This document shows positions 63,934 to 64,000 of a stretch of DNA of 64,000 nucleotides, piece by piece (position 1 is the first letter of the stretch; the number at the start of each line of letters is the position of its first letter). A program made the translations under genes and the position numbers. The stretch is from assembly GCA_040437565.1 (NCBI GenBank), contig JBDOQK010000002.1, forward strand, positions 930,001 through 994,000, in the 5' to 3' direction. Origin of the DNA: Albugo candida. Its lineage: Eukaryota. The notes under the pieces are model-generated. The model searched no databases and had not been told where the DNA came from. It worked only from the letters and a program-made list of their open reading frames with translations.

Positions 63934-64000
63934 CTATCTACGAAGAGGCAGCGACACCATAAGCAATGCAAAAGGAATTCTCAGCATAATGCGTCTCATC

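Noticed and set aside
1..64000. tRNA, rRNA, CRISPR arrays, transposons, RxLR/CRN/CCG effectors
   Set aside because: By eye I found no T-loop/cloverleaf signatures, rRNA motifs, repeat-spacer arrays, transposase or RT motifs, terminal repeats, or signal peptide plus effector motif. tRNAscan-SE, Infernal and RepeatModeler would be needed to exclude them formally.

Overview
A gene-dense eukaryotic draft-assembly scaffold, most likely from an oomycete. It has short (~50-70 bp) spliceosomal introns, intergenic gaps often under 120 bp, oomycete-type START-like/FYVE/GAF proteins, and flagellar/basal-body genes (CFAP53, an SFI1-like gene) that imply zoospores. An Albugo-like compact genome is a guess. 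About 20 protein-coding genes can be read: GH3 beta-glucosidase, a laminin-EGF receptor-like TKL kinase, an NRBF2/Atg38-like MIT protein, CFAP53, two FYVE-GAF paralogues, GINS3, an Asp/Asn beta-hydroxylase-like dioxygenase, UAP1, ATX1, DEPDC5/IML1, LUC7, YIPF6, NCAPD3, SFI1-like, a COPI-associated protein and several unknown coiled-coil proteins. ATX1 is absent from the ORF track and YIPF6 appears only as a 60-aa fragment; both were rebuilt by splicing. Ten 100-N gaps are flanked by direct duplications (5-1456 bp). These look like unmerged contig overlaps: they create false second copies of GINS3 and the hydroxylase and split four genes. I found no tRNA, rRNA, CRISPR array or transposon. I see no convincing new multi-gene system. 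The most interesting items are single-protein architectures (the EGF-repeat receptor kinase with an unrecognised N-terminal domain, an apparently DEP-less DEPDC5, a putative NRBF2 orthologue, degenerate FYVE-GAF paralogues) and splicing oddities. All family calls come from recognising motifs by eye, not from database searches.
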